A stretch of 64,000 nucleotides of DNA from assembly GCA_030390025.1 (NCBI GenBank), contig JASTWF010000337.1:372001-436000 (forward strand). Reading direction: 5' to 3'. Position 1 is the stretch's first letter. Each line of letters starts with the position of its first letter. Shown here piece by piece: positions 1 through 12,441 of this stretch. The stretch is from Squalus acanthias (Eukaryota). Position numbers and translations under genes: made by a program. Under the pieces are notes generated by a model. The model saw nothing but the letters and a program-made list of their open reading frames with translations, was not told the DNA's origin and made no database searches.

Positions 1-647
1 CTTTAATCAAGGCACTGACATATGTTTCATAGAGAAACCAACCTTTTTATGAAACAATCAGGATAGAGTTAAACACAGAGGGATTGAAATTGAAGTAAAG
101 AGGGACATAGAATTTGGATTTACGAAATCCGTGGGTTGGGTTCCTTTGAGTTAACAATGAAATTGGAACAATTGAGGGCTAGGGAGAAATAATACTTTGC
201 AAGAATTATCCACAAAATGGATAAGGGTAAAGGGAGTGCTGAGAATCTTTGAAGTCCATGATTTCTCGATAATATGGGACACTGTAGCTTTCTGTACAAT
301 GTATTATGATCTTCTCTGTCTGGATCATGATGTGTAGTATTGGGCAAATGAGACTTGGATTAGTGATCACGTACATGCTGCTTGGACAAGCCCTTAAAAA
401 CTGAAGAGGGAAACAGATCCCGGTTAGAGGAGAGCTCTATCAAATATGCTGTGTAAAGGACGATTACCAACAGCTGAAATAAAAGGGGCTCGTTGGCACA
501 ATATGTATATGGTACGTTTGTTTGTGTGAATGTAACATCAACCGACTGTAAACTCAAGGTGATCTAAGGTGAGGCCAGAAAGGAAATTCACGGGTAAAAG
601 TGAAAGTCGACCCAGTGTGGTTCCAACTCAGGTTCAAAAGGAGGGAA
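1..647 (+). mobile_element. Degenerate 3' internal region of an LTR element/ERV, ending in a polypurine tract
   Basis: PPT AAAAGGAGGGAA at 636-647 directly abuts the LTR. The upstream frames contain many stops, with a hydrophobic stretch near 290-400 (QCIMIFSVWIMMCSI...) that could be an env transmembrane remnant (weak). Confidence 0.5.
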
Positions 648-1186
648 TATTAGAATAGTGACCATTTCTAGTTGACCATCTTCCCATCAGACCCTGCCTG
701 TGTACAGCAAGTTAAAATGTCCTTGTGACGTGCTGGCTCTTGACGTTCGAGCTGAGCTTACAGATAACAGGTTTTCTTTGGGAACAGACTGAGCTTGTAG
801 CTGCAAGAACCAGACACTTACAGATAATAGATGGATAACAACAAGATACGGTCAGGGACAAGGCCAGTATGTTTGTAATTAGAGACCGACTTATTGGGTA
901 TAATTATAGGACGAGTGGTCAGTGGTTGTTCGAGCTCTCAAGACAATCGGAAGTAGCGCAGCCTAGTGACGGAGGGCGAGCTAATCACCTTGAAGTCCGC
1001 GGGGAAACCAGGTTGTATTAATTGCATGTCATTTAATGTAATACTGTAGAACAGTTGTATAAGAACAATAATGTTATTAGTCAATATATATTAAAGCTTG
1101 TTGTTTAAAACCATTCGGCCAGAGTTTTTGTTGCAGGTCTAACAACCCTTTATTGCTACAGTAACCGCGGAAAAAATCCGCTAACA
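648..1186 (+). mobile_element. 3' LTR (~540 bp)
   Basis: Begins TATTAG (one mismatch from TGTTAG) right after the PPT and ends CTAACA, its inverted complement. There is a TATA-like TATAATTATA near 899 and an ATTAAA near 1090. Sequence switches abruptly to satellite after the terminal CA. Confidence 0.7.
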
Positions 1187-1188
1187 GA

Positions 1189-1664
1189 TCCCTCTACACT
1201 GTCCCATCAAACACTCCCAGGGCAGGTACAGCACGGGGTTAGATACAGAGTAAAGCTCCCTCTACACTGTCCCATCAAACTCTTCCAGGGCAGGTACAGC
1301 ACGGGTTAGATACAGAGTAAAGCTCCCTCTACACTGTCCCATCAAACACTCCCAGGGCAGGTACAGCACGGGTTAGATACAGAGTAAAGCTCCCTCTACA
1401 CTGTCCCATCAAACACTCCCAGGGCAGGTGCAGCACAGGTTAGATACAGAGTAAAGCTCCCTCTACACTGTCCCATCAAACACTCCCAGGTCAGGTACAG
1501 TATGGGTTAGATACAGAGTAAAGCTCCCTCTACACTGTCCCATCAAACACTCCCAGGGCAGGTACAGCATGGGTTAGATACAGAGTAAAGCTCCCTCTAC
1601 ACTGTCCCATCAAACACTCCCAGGGCAGGTACAGCACGGGGTTAGATACAGAGTTAAACTCCCT
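1189..1664. repeat. 67-bp tandem repeat, about 7 copies
   Basis: Unit CTCCCTCTACACTGTCCCATCAAACACTCCCAGGGCAGGTACAGCACGGGTTAGATACAGAGTAAAG repeated with few changes. Confidence 0.97.
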
Positions 1665-1702
1665 AAAACAAATTCTAACTCGTGAAAAACAGCAGAATGT
1701 AC

Positions 1703-1773
1703 CTGTATGTTTTACACAGCACTAGTCGAGAATACACCGAGTCGAAGTCTCGTTCCACCTCCTTACCAGCAGC
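1703..1773 (-). CDS. SGSM3: SGSM3 internal coding exon (71 bp, RUN domain): [23 protein letters not shown](R)
   Basis: Acceptor cttatttcatAG and donor GTacat. Translation matches remembered vertebrate SGSM3 [24 protein letters not shown]. The phase 0 start fits the preceding exon. Confidence 0.92.
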
Positions 1774-1785
1774 CTATGAAATAAG

Positions 1786-2080
1786 GGATGGGTGGCAGTG
1801 GGGGGAGGAGGGGGAAGAGAGAAAAAAAGGGGGCGAGGGAGCAAAGGGGAGAAAGAAGAAAGGGGGGGGGGGAAGATGAGGCGAAAGAGAAAGGGCAGAC
1901 AGACGGTACGAGTGGGTAACAAGGGAAGACAGAAACAGGGGGAAGGGAAGATAGAGAGCGGGGAAGAGAGGGGAGCGGAAGAGAGAAACAGGGAGGGGAA
2001 GAAAGGGGGAGAGGAGAGGTAGAGTTGGAAAGAGAGGATAGGGAAGAGGAGAGAGAGAGAAAGGGAAAGAAGAAAAACAA
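1786..2080. repeat. GA-rich low-complexity tract filling most of a 405-bp SGSM3 intron
   Basis: Almost pure purine on the + strand, so polypyrimidine on the transcribed strand. Confidence 0.9.
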
Positions 2081-2178
2081 AATTGAGAGGCACACCACAA
2101 ATTGTTTATGTACGAAAACAGTGTGAAATATCGGAGAAGTTGAAATGTTTTTCACAATCCAGGGACAGCCTCCATTAC

Positions 2179-2331
2179 CTCTTCAATAAAAAGCCAGGGA
2201 TGGCAGGGGCCACCGAGAATAGATGGTTTCTTCAAACCCTGCTCAAATATTGCCTTAAGTGCTGGACACAGTGATCCTCGGACCAGGTCTGTTACTGCTT
2301 CTGTTACCGAATCATCTCCAGCCACCGAGTA
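2179..2331 (-). CDS. SGSM3: SGSM3 internal coding exon (153 bp): [51 protein letters not shown]
   Basis: Acceptor tttttgtttgtAG and donor GTaatg, 51 codons, phase 0/0. Matches the start of the SGSM3 RUN domain. Confidence 0.95.
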
Positions 2332-2414
2332 CTACAAACAAAAACATAAATCACACCGTCAGCGGCAAATACACAGCAGAGAAAACCTTTCAGAGCAAAG
2401 CAGACAGTCCATTC

Positions 2415-3021
2415 TGGAACAGGGTGAGGATGGGATGCCTGTATTCAGCACACTATATGGAACAGGGCGAGGATGGGATGCCTGTACCCGGCACACTATA
2501 TGGAACAGGGTGAGGATGGGATGCCTGTACCCGGCACACTATATGGAACAGGGTGAGGATGGGATGCCTGTATTCAGTACACTATATGGAACAGGGTGAG
2601 GATGGGACGCCTGTACCCGGCACACTATATGGAACAGGGTGAGGATGGGATGCCTGTATTCAGCACACTATATGGAACAGGGCGAGGATGGGATGCCTGT
2701 ACCCGACACACTATATGGAACAGGGCGAGGATGGGATGCCTGTATTCAGCACACTATATGGAACAGGGCGGGGATGGGATGCCTGTACCCGATACACTAT
2801 ATGGAACAGGGCGAGGATGGGATGCCTGTATTCAGCACACTATATGGAACAGGGCGAGGATGGGATGCCTGTACCCGATACACTATATGGAACAGGGCGA
2901 GGATGGGATGCCTGTATTCAGCACACTATATGGAACAGGGCGAGGATGGGATGCCTGTACCCGACACACTATATGGAACAGGGCGAGGATGGGATGCCTG
3001 TATTCAGCACACTATATGGAA
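2415..3021. repeat. 43-bp minisatellite, about 14 copies, two alternating variants
   Basis: Unit TATGGAACAGGGCGAGGATGGGATGCCTGT[ATTCAGC/ACCCGRY]ACACTA. Confidence 0.96.
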
Positions 3022-3024
3022 ACA

Positions 3025-3800
3025 CCTGGTTCCATTCTTATCTATCTGGTTGTAGCCAGAGAATCTCCTGCAATGGCTTCTCACCCGCTCCATTACCTCT
3101 GGTGCCCCTCAAGGATCTATCCTTGGTCCGCTTCTATTTCTCATCTACATGCTGCCTCTCGGTGACATCATCCGAACACACAGCATCAGGTTCCACATGT
3201 ACGCTGACGACACCCAGCACTACCTCACCACCCCATCTCTCGACCCCTCCACGGTCTCTAATTGTCTAACTGCCTGTCCGACATCCAGTATTCGATGAGC
3301 AGAAGTTTCCTCCAGCTAAATATTGGGAAGACTGAAGTCTTCGGTCCCCGCCACAATCTCCATTCCCTAGCTACAAACTCCATGCCTCTCCCTGGCAACT
3401 GTCTGAGGCTGAACCAGACTGTTTGCAACCTTGGCGTCCTATTTGACTGAGAGTGAGCTTCCGACCACATATCCGCGCTGTCACTAAGACCGCCTATTTC
3501 CACCTCCCCAACATCGCCCGATTCCGCCTCAGCTCATCTGCTGCTGAAACCCTCATCCATGCCTTTGTTACTTCTAGACTGGACTATTCTAACGCTCTCC
3601 TGGCCGACCTCCCACCTTGCATGCTCCGTAAACTTGAGGTCATCCAAACCTCTGCTGCCGGTGTCCTAACTCGCACCAAGTCCAGTTCACCCATCACTCC
3701 TGTGCTCGCTGACCAACACTGGCTCTCAGTTAAGCAACGCCTCGATTTTAAAATTATCATTCTTGTTTTCAAATCCCTCCGTGGCCTCGCCTCTCCCTAT
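3025..3800 (+). mobile_element. L2 LINE fragment (RT C-terminal part, frameshifted)
   Basis: [13 protein letters not shown] motif near 3190 and the peptide SFRPHI...AYFHL...LIHAFVTSRLDYSNALL, typical of L2 ORF2. Confidence 0.85.
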
Positions 3801-4295
3801 CCTCCCCTCGGCCTCTCTTCTCCACTACAAACCGTCCAGGAGCTCCTCGCACTTCTTGTTGGAGGTGAGCGTGGAGGAGACAGGGGAGAGGGGTTTAAGA
3901 AGACGGTTGGTAGTGGAAAAGAGAAGCCGAGGGCTATCTTTACATTCCTGGATGATCCTGGAACAGTGAGCAGTTTTGGCAGAGGAGTGTAGGACCTGAT
4001 GGCGCTTTGTGGTCCAGTCAGATCTGGCGATGAATGGCTAAACCAGTTGTCCACCATAAATGTTCAAGTCTGCATCCCTTGAACTAAGGGAGCAGAAATG
4101 GGGGCCGTACCAGGGTGAACGACCATGGTGAGAGAGAGTGATGGTTTCAGTGGGGACAAGGGTGTCAAAGGTGGAGGTGAGGGTGTGATTGAACAGATTG
4201 GTAGCTGCAGCAATGTCGTGGTGAATGAAGGGCCAAAGGCTAGAGAGTTGGGAATTTGAAAGTGCCGCTGTAAGTGACTTGGGGGGGAGAATTTT
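3801..4295 (-). mobile_element. L2 LINE fragment (EN-RT linker region), opposite orientation
   Basis: ORF 4038-4298 (...NLFNHTLTSTFDTLVP...SPWY...) resembles the linker region of L2 ORF2. Confidence 0.65.
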
Positions 4296-4471
4296 CACAG
4301 AGGTCGCCCGTGACCCGGTTTGGGGGAGTGTGTCTCTCTTGTTCCAGGGTGCGGGGTGCTTTCTGGATTGAGTGGGGGGGGGGGGGGTTCTCTGGATGAG
4401 GGGATGGTGTGTGGCTTATGGAGACTGGAAAAAACTACAATACAACACCTGAAAATTAAAACATTTATAAT

Positions 4472-5515
4472 ATAAGAACATAAGAAATAGGAGCAGGAGT
4501 AGGCCAATCGGCCCCTCGAGCCTGCTCCGCCATTCAATAAGATCATGGCTGATCTGATCCTAACCTCAAATCTAAAGAACGCAAGAAGTAGGAGCAGGAC
4601 CCGGCCACTCAGCCCCTGGGCCCGCTCCGCCACCCACAGGGCCCTGACCAATCCGAACTCAGCCTCATGTCCAATTTCCTGCCCGCTCCCCGTAACCCCT
4701 AATTCCCTTTACTTCTAGGAAACTGTCTATTTCTGTTTTAAATTTATTTAATGATGTAGCTTCCACAGCTTCCTGGGGCAGCAAATTCCACAGACCTACT
4801 ACCCTCTGAGTGAAGAAGTTTCTCCTCATCTCAGTTTTGAAAGAGCAGCCCCTTATTCTAAGATTATGCCGCCTAGTTCTAGTTTCACCCATCCTTGGGA
4901 ACATCCTTACCGCATCCACCCGATCAAGCCCCTTCACAACCTTATATGTTTCAATAAGATCGCCTCTCATTCTTCTGAACTCCAATGAGTAGAGTCCCAA
5001 TCTACTCAACCTCTCCTCATATGTCCACCCCCTCATCCCCGGGATTAACCGAGTGAACCTTCTTTGTACTGCCTCGAGAGCAAGTATGTCTTTTCTTAAG
5101 TATGGACACCAAAACTGTATGCAGTATTCCAGGTGCGGTCTCACCAATACCTTATATAACTGCAGCAATACCTCCCTGTTTTTATAATCTATCCCCCAAG
5201 CAATAAAATCCAACATTCCGTTGGCCTTCTTGATCACCTGCTGCACCTGCGTACTAACTTTTTGATTTTCTTGCACTAGGACCCCCAGATCCCTTTGTAC
5301 TGCAGTACTTTCCAGTTTCTCGCCATTAAGATAATAACTTGCTCTCTGATTTTTCCTGCCGAAGTTCATAACGTCACATTTTCCAATATTGTATTGCATC
5401 TGCCAAATCTCCGCCCACTCACCCAGCCTGTCTATATCCCCTTGTAGGTTTTTTATGTCCTCCTCACTTTCTACTTTCCCTCCCATCTTTGTATCATCTG
5501 CAAACTTTGATATGT
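4472..5515 (-). mobile_element. 5'-truncated CR1 LINE with open ORF2 C-terminus and 3' UTR
   Basis: ISKFADDTK...LVRPHLEYC...RRNFFTQRVV, followed by a 3' UTR stem-loop and a (TTCTTATG)n tail. Confidence 0.95.
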
Positions 5516-5548
5516 CAGTTTTCTCTTCTCTCCTGAAGGCAATGAACA

Positions 5549-6561
5549 CTGCACAGACTCCGAGAGCCCACCAGTACCGTGCTCAATGACCATTCACTGA
5601 CCGCTGCACAGACTCCGAGAGCCCACCAGTACCGTACTCACTGACCGCTGCACAGACTCCGAGAGCCCACCAGTACCGTGCTCACTGACCGCTGCACAGA
5701 CTCCGAGAGCCCACCAGTACCGTGCTCACTGACCGCTGCACAGACTCCGAGAGGCACCAGTACCGTGCTCAATGACCATTCACTGACCGCTGCACAGACT
5801 CCGAGAGCCCACCAGTACCATGCTCACTGACCGCTGCACAGACTCCGAGAGCCCACCGGTACCGTGCTCACTGACCATTCACTGACCGCTGCACAGACTC
5901 CGAGAGCACACCGGTACCGTGCTCAATGACCATTCACTGACCGCTGCACAGACTCCGAGAGCCCACCAGTACCATGCTCACTGACCGCTGCACAGACTCC
6001 GAGAGCCCACCGGTACCGTGCTCACTGACCATTCACTGACCGCTGCACAGACTCCGAGAGCACACCGGTACCGTGTTCAATGACCATTCACTGACCGCTG
6101 CACAGACTCCGAGAGCCCACCAGTACCGTGCTCACTGACCGCTGCACAGACTCCGAGAGCCCACCAGTACCGTGCTCACTGACCGCTGCACAGACTCCGA
6201 GAGCCCACCAGTACCATGCTCAATAACCATTCATTGACCGCTGCACAGACTCCGAGAGCCCACCAGTACCGTGCTCAATGACCATTCACTGACCGCTGAA
6301 CAGACTCCGAGAGCCCACCAGTACCGTGCTCAATGAACATTCACTGACCGCTGCACAGAGTCCGAGAGCCCACCAGTACCGTGCTCAATGAACATTCACT
6401 GACCGGTGCACAGAGTCCGAGAGCCCACCAGTACCGTACTCAATGACCATTCACTGACCACTGCACAGACTCCGAGAACCCACCAGTACCGTGCTCAATG
6501 ACCATTCACTGACCGCTGCACAGACTCCGAGAACCCACCAGTACCGTGCTCAATGACTATT
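5549..6561. repeat. Minisatellite with 44-bp and 55-bp unit variants
   Basis: GCACAGACTCCGAGAGCCCACCAGTACCGTGCTC[AATGACCATTC]ACTGACCGCT, where the 11-bp block is optional. Confidence 0.95.
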
Positions 6562-6724
6562 CTATACATGTGACTGAAGACTGTGTGAGCAATCTGTGAT
6601 CATGGAAAGCCATCACACAAGAGGGGCCCAATTCTGTCCTCATGTGATATACAGCAGTGACTGGACAGTGAACATAAACAGGAAGGAGGCCTTTATTTTT
6701 CCCCTCCCTCGCCCAGGAGCAGAA

Positions 6725-7039
6725 GGAGGTGGTGAGCCGCCTTCTTGAACCGCTGCAGTCCGTGTGGTGAAGGTGCTCCCACAGTGCTGTTAGAGAGGGA
6801 TTTTGACCCAGCGACGATGAAGGATCAGCGATATACTTCTAAGTCAGGATGGTGTGTGACTTGGAGGGGAACTTGGAGGTGGTGGTGTTCCCATGCGCCT
6901 GCTGCCCTTGTCCTTCTAGGTGGAAGTGGTTGTGGGTTTGGGAGGTGTTGCCGAAGAAGCCTTGGCGAGTTGCTGCAGTGTATCTTGTAGATGGTACACA
7001 CTGCAGCCATGGTCCACCGATGGTAGAAGGAGTGAATGT
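6725..7039 (-). mobile_element. 3' fragment of a second non-LTR retrotransposon family (CR1/jockey group, clade not assigned)
   Basis: Peptide AVCTIYKIHCSNSPRLL... resembles a LINE ORF2 C-terminus. Probably the same family as 8109-8408 and 11149-11815. Confidence 0.65.
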
Positions 7040-8108
7040 AATATATTAGCATGGATAGGGGATTGGCTAAGTAATACAAAACAGAGAGTCGGGATACAAT
7101 CAGTAACTAGTGGGGCGCCACAGGGATCAGTGCTGGGGCCTCAATTATTACAATCTATATTAATGACTTGGATGAAGGGACCAAGTGTACTGTAGCCAAA
7201 TTTTCTGATGATACAAAGATAGGTGGGTTAGCAAGTTGTGAGGAGGACACTGTGAGGGAGTCTGCAAAGGGATATAGATAGGTTAATTGAGTGGGCAAAA
7301 ATTTGGCAGATGGAGTATAATGTGGGAAAATGTGAGGTTATCCACTTTGGAAGGAAGAATGAAAAAGCAAATTATTATTTAAATGGAGTGACTACAAAAT
7401 GCTGCGGTACAAAGGGATCTGGGGGTCCTAGTACAGGAAACACAAAAAGGTAGCAAGCAGGTACAGCAAGTAATTAGGAAGGCTAATGGAATGTTGGCCT
7501 TTATTGCAAGGGCGATGGAGTATAAAAGTAGGGAAGTTTTGATGCAACTTTACAGGGCGCTGGTGAGACCGCACCTGGAGCACTGCGTACAGTTTTGGTC
7601 TCCATATTTAAGGAAGGATATACTCGCATTGGAGGCAGTTCAGAGAAGGTTCACTAGGTTGATTCCTGGGATGAAGGGGTTGACGTATGAGGAAAGGTTG
7701 AGCAGGTTGGGCCCTATACTCATTGGAGTTTAGAAGAATGAGAGGTGATCTTATTGAAACATATAAGATACTGAGGGGGATTGATAGGGTAGATGCTGAG
7801 AGGATGTTTCCCCTAGTGGGGGTATCTAGAACTAGGGGCATAATTTCAGAATAAGGGGCCGCCCATTTAAGACGGAGATGATGAGGAATTTATTCTCTCA
7901 GAGGGTCGTGAATCTTTGGAATTCTCTTCCCCAGAGAGCTGTGGAGGCGGAGTCATTGAATATGTCCAAGGTGGAGATTGACAGACATTTGAACTACAAG
8001 GGAGTCAAGGAGTATGGGGAGAGAGCGGGAAAGTGGTGTTGAGGCCAAGATTGGATCAGCCATGATCTTATTGAATGGCCGACTCCTGCTTCTGCTTCTT
8101 ATGTTCTT
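7040..8108 (+). mobile_element. Degenerate 5'-truncated CR1 LINE
   Basis: [10 protein letters not shown] and LVRPHLEHCVQFWSPYLRKDI motifs with frameshifts, ending in a TTCTTATGTTCTTA tail. Confidence 0.92.
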
Positions 8109-8408
8109 AAGGTGGTGGATGGGGTGCCAAACAAATGGGCTGCTTTGTCCTGGATGGTGTCGAGTTTCTTGAGTGCTGTTGGAGCTGCACTCATCCAGGC
8201 AAGTGGAGAGTATCCCATCACATTCCTTACTTGTGCCTTGTAGATGGTGAAAAGGCTTTGGGGAGTCAGGAGGTGAGACACTCGCCGCAGAATACGTAGC
8301 CTCTGATCTGCTCTTGTTGCCACAGTGTTTATGTGGCCAGTCCAGTTAAGTTTCTGGTCAATGGTGACCCCCAGGATGTTGATGATGGGGGATTCGGTGA
8401 TGGTAATG
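8109..8408 (-). mobile_element. Non-LTR retrotransposon fragment (RT thumb region)
   Basis: INILGVTIDQKLNWTGHIN...IYKAQVRNVMGYSPLAW. Confidence 0.8.
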
Positions 8409-10299
8409 AGAACATAAGAAATAGGAGTAGGCCATTCGGCCCTTCGAGCCTGCTCCGCCATTCAATGAGATCATGGCTGATCTTCTGCCTCAACTCCATT
8501 CACCGGCCCTATCACCATATCCCTTGAGCCTTTACTAGTCAGAAATCTATCGACTTCTGTTTTGAATAGACCCAATGACTGAGCCTCCACAGCCCTCTGG
8601 GGTAGGGAATTCCAAAGATTTACCACCCCCTGTGTGAAGAAATTTCTTCTCATCTCAGTCCTGCATGTCCTACCCTTTATCCTGAGGCTGTGGCCCCTGG
8701 TTCTAGATTCCCCAGCCAAGGGAAACATTCTCCCAGCATCCACCCTATCAAGCCCTGTAATAATTTTGTATGCTTCAATGAGATCCCCTCTCATTCTTCT
8801 GAATTCAACAGAATACAGGCCTAGTTTACTCAATCTCTTCTCATACAACAGTCCCGCCATCCCAGGAATCAATCTCGTGAACCTTCATTGCACTCCCTCT
8901 ATGGCAAGTATATCCTTCCTTAGGTAAGGAGACCAAAATTGTACACAGTTCTCCAGGTGTGGTCTCACCAAGGCCCTATATAATTGGAGTAAGACTTCTT
9001 TACTCCTGTACTCAAATCCTCTTGTAATGAAGGCCAGCATACCATTTGCCTTCCTAATGGCTTGCTGCACCTGCACATTCATTTTCAGTGACTCATGTAC
9101 AAGGACACCCAGGTCCCTTTGAGCATCTGCATTCCCCAATCTTTCACCATTTAGGAAATACTCTGCCATTCTGTTTTTTCTACCAAAGTGGATAGCTTCA
9201 CATTTATCCACATTATATTCCATCTGCCATGTTCTCGCCCACTCACTGAGCCTTTCAAGATCCCCTTGAAGCCTCTTCACAACTGACACTGCCAACTAGC
9301 TTTGTATCATCAGCAAATTTGGAAATGTTACTTTTAGTCCCCTCATCCAAATCATTGATATAGATTGCGAATAGCTGGGGCCCAAGCACCGATCCTTGCA
9401 GTGCTCCACTAGTCACAGCCTGCCATCCTGAAAAAGACCCGTTTATCCCTACTCTTTGTTTTCTGTCTGTTAACCAATTCTCAATCCATGCTAGTATATT
9501 ACCCCCAATTCCATGTGCCCTAATTTTGTTCACCAACCTCTTGTGTGGGACCTTATCGAAGGCCTTCTGAAAATCCAAATACACCACATCTACCAGTTCC
9601 CCTTTGTCTACTCCACTAGTTACATCCTCAAAGAACTCCAGTAGGTTTGTCAAACAGGATTTCTCTTTCATAAATCCATGTTGACTCTGCCCAATCTTAC
9701 TATTAGTTTCTATGCACCCAGTTATTGCATCCTTTATAATAGATTCCAGCATTTTCCCAACTACTGATGTGAGGCTAACAGGTCTGTAGTTCCCCATTTT
9801 CTCTCTCTCTCCTTTCTTAAATAGCGGGGTTACATTTGTTATCCTCCAATCTGCAGGAACCGTTCCAGAATCTATAGAATTTCGTAAGATGACAACCAAT
9901 GCGTCCACTATCCCAATGGCCACCTCTTTCAAAACCTTAGGATGTAGGTCATCCAGTCCTAGGGATTTATCGATTTTTAGTCCCATTAATTTTGCTAGTA
10001 CTGTTTTTTTACTAATAATAATTTCTTTAAGTTCCTCATTCTCGCCACACCCTTGGTTTTCTCGTATTTCTGGGAGGTTTTTTGTGTCTTCCTCCATGAA
10101 GACAGAAACAAAGTATTTATTTAATTTCTCAGCCATTTCCTCATTCCTCATTATAAATTCTCCCGTCTCTGACTGTAAAGGACCTACATTTACCTTCGCC
10201 AGTCTTTTCCTTTTCACATACCTACAGAAGCTTTTACAATCCGTTTTTATATTTTTCGCTAGTTTGTGCTTATATTCCATTTTCCCTTTCTTTATCAAT
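8409..10299 (-). mobile_element. 5'-truncated CR1 LINE, frameshifted ORF2
   Basis: ORFs 9255-10298, 8885-9295 and 8471-8872 are consecutive RT pieces ([20 protein letters not shown]). The 3' UTR and tail lie at about 8409-8490. Confidence 0.95.
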
Positions 10300-11148
10300 T
10301 TAAAAAGGGTAGTAGGCAGAAGGCTGGAAATTATAGACCAGTTAGCCTAACATCTGTGGTGGGTAAAATTTTGGAGTCTATTATTAAGGAGACAGTAACG
10401 GAACATTTAGATAAACATAATTTAATAGGACAAAGTCAGCATGGCTTTATGAAGGGGAAGTCATGTCTGACAAATTTGCTCGAGTTCTTTGAGGACATAA
10501 CGTACAGGGTGGATAAAGGGGAACCAGTGGACGTAGTGTATTTAGACTTCCAGAAGGCATTCGACAAGGTGCCACATAAAAGATTATTGCTCAAGATAAA
10601 AAAAATCACTGGATTGCGGGTAATATTCTGGCATGGGTGGAGGATTGGTTATCTAACAGGAAGCAGAGAGTTGGGATAAATGGTTGATTCTCGGACTGGC
10701 AACCAGGGGTCGGTGCTGGGTCCCCAACTCTTTACAATCTATATTAACGATTTGGAGGAGGGGACCGAGTGTAACATATCAAAGTTTGCAGATGATACAA
10801 AGATGGGCGGGAAAGTAGAAAGTGAGGAGGACATAAAAAACCTACAAGGGGATATAGACAGGCTGGGTGAGTGGGCGGAGATTTGGCAGATGCAATACAA
10901 TATTGGAAAATGTGAGCTTATGCACTTTGGCAGGAAAAATCAGAGAGCAAGTTATTATCTTAATGGCGAGAAACTGGAAAGTACTGCAGTACAAAGGGAT
11001 TTGGGGGTCCTAGTGCAAGAAAATCAAAAAGTTAGTACGCAGGTGCAGCAGGTGATAAAGAAGGCCAACGGAATGTTGGCTTTTATTGCTAGGGGGATAG
11101 ATTATAAAAACAGGGAGGTATTGCTGCAGTTATATAAGGTATTGGTGA
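10300..11148 (+). mobile_element. Internal CR1 RT fragment, same family as 4472-5515
   Basis: [10 protein letters not shown]...FADDTKMGGKVESEEDIK. The overlap with the copy at 4472-5515 is near-identical. Confidence 0.92.
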
Positions 11149-11815
11149 CTTCAGTTTTACTAGGGCTCCTTGATGCCACACTCAGTCAAATGCTGCCTTG
11201 ATGTCAAGGGCAGTCACTCGCACCTCACCTCTGGAATTCAGCTCCTTTGTCCATGTTTGGACCAAGGCTGTAATGAGGTCTGGAGCCGAGTGGTCTTGGC
11301 GGAACCCAAACTGGGCATCAGTGAGCAGATTATTGGTGAGTAAGTACCACTTGATAGCACTGTTGGTGACACCTTCCATCACTTTGTTGATGATTGAGAG
11401 TAGACTGATGGGGCGGTAATTGGCCGGGTTGGATTTGTCCTGCTTTTTGTGGACAGGACATACCTGGGCAGTTTTCCACATTGTTGGATAGATGCCAGTG
11501 TTGTAGCTGTACTGGAGCAGCTTGGCTAGAGGCGCGGCTAGTTCTGGAGCACAAGTCTTCAGCACGACAGCTGGGATGTTGTCGGGGCCCACAGCCTTTG
11601 CTGTATACAGTGCGCTCGGCCGTTTCTTGATATCACGTGGAGTGAATCGAATTGGCTGAAGATTGGCTTCTGTGATGGTGGGGACCTCAGGAGTAGGCCG
11701 ATATGGATCATCCACTCGGCACTTCTGGCTGAAGATGGTTGCAAACGCTTTAGCCTTGTCTTTTGCACTCACGTGCTGGGCCCCACCATCATTGAGGATG
11801 GGGTTATTCATGGAG
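11149..11815 (-). mobile_element. Non-LTR retrotransposon RT N-terminal fragment
   Basis: KAVGPDNIP...NYRPISLLS...QFGFR...ALDIKAAFD (RT domains 0-3). Confidence 0.9.
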
Positions 11816-12391
11816 TTAATGATTCCCAACTGACATCAGGGAATTCAGCAAAGGCTGGATATTGAAGCTAAGTTTCTGGTTGGTACATCTCAGCCCCACG
11901 CTGGGTGCAGCAGTTACTCAAAGCGAGCAGGGACCCATACATGTAAATTTATTTGATGCTACATTACTGAATGAGCAGTGAAAACCTTCCTCCATTTACA
12001 GGGCAACCATGGAATCCATCCCGGCACACAAGGGTACATTTTGTAAAGTCGCTGGGGCAGAACCTTTCTCAACAGGAGCACGGAGATCACTAGCCCGCAC
12101 TGTGGCCCTCTCATTATCAGGTGGCACAGTCAATCACCGGGAAATCAGGAGCACGGCAAATTGGGCCTTGAGAGCCCGGTTCACCAATCCATGCCAGGAG
12201 CCGAGCCTGGCAACATGTAGCACAGTGTATCGGCAGGGCCATTCGAAACCGTACGCGAGAAGGGACTGCCATTTCTGCATGTGCGGTTACAGTTGACACT
12301 GTACACAGGTGCCCTGTACATAATTACAAATGTGGCCAAAAGCTGGAGAACTCTCACACTCGGTACCAACACATTTCATCACTGAACTCAC

Positions 12392-12441
12392 CTCTTTACT
12401 TCGTTCATCCAGAACCTCCACAAATTTCGCAGGAAACCAGC
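12392..12441 (-). CDS. SGSM3: SGSM3 internal coding exon (50 bp, end of SH3 domain): (G)WFPAKFVEVLDERSKE
   Basis: Acceptor ctttcttccgacAG and donor GTgagt. Identical to the remembered SGSM3 peptide, and it splices in frame to exon 2179-2331. Confidence 0.93.

Noticed and set aside
2596..3269. Three overlapping ORFs with MGCLYSAHYMEQG repeats
   Set aside because: Translations of the 43-bp minisatellite running into an L2 fragment.
1189..6561. CRISPR-like appearance of regular repeats
   Set aside because: Units are contiguous with no unique spacers, there are no cas genes, and the context is eukaryotic.
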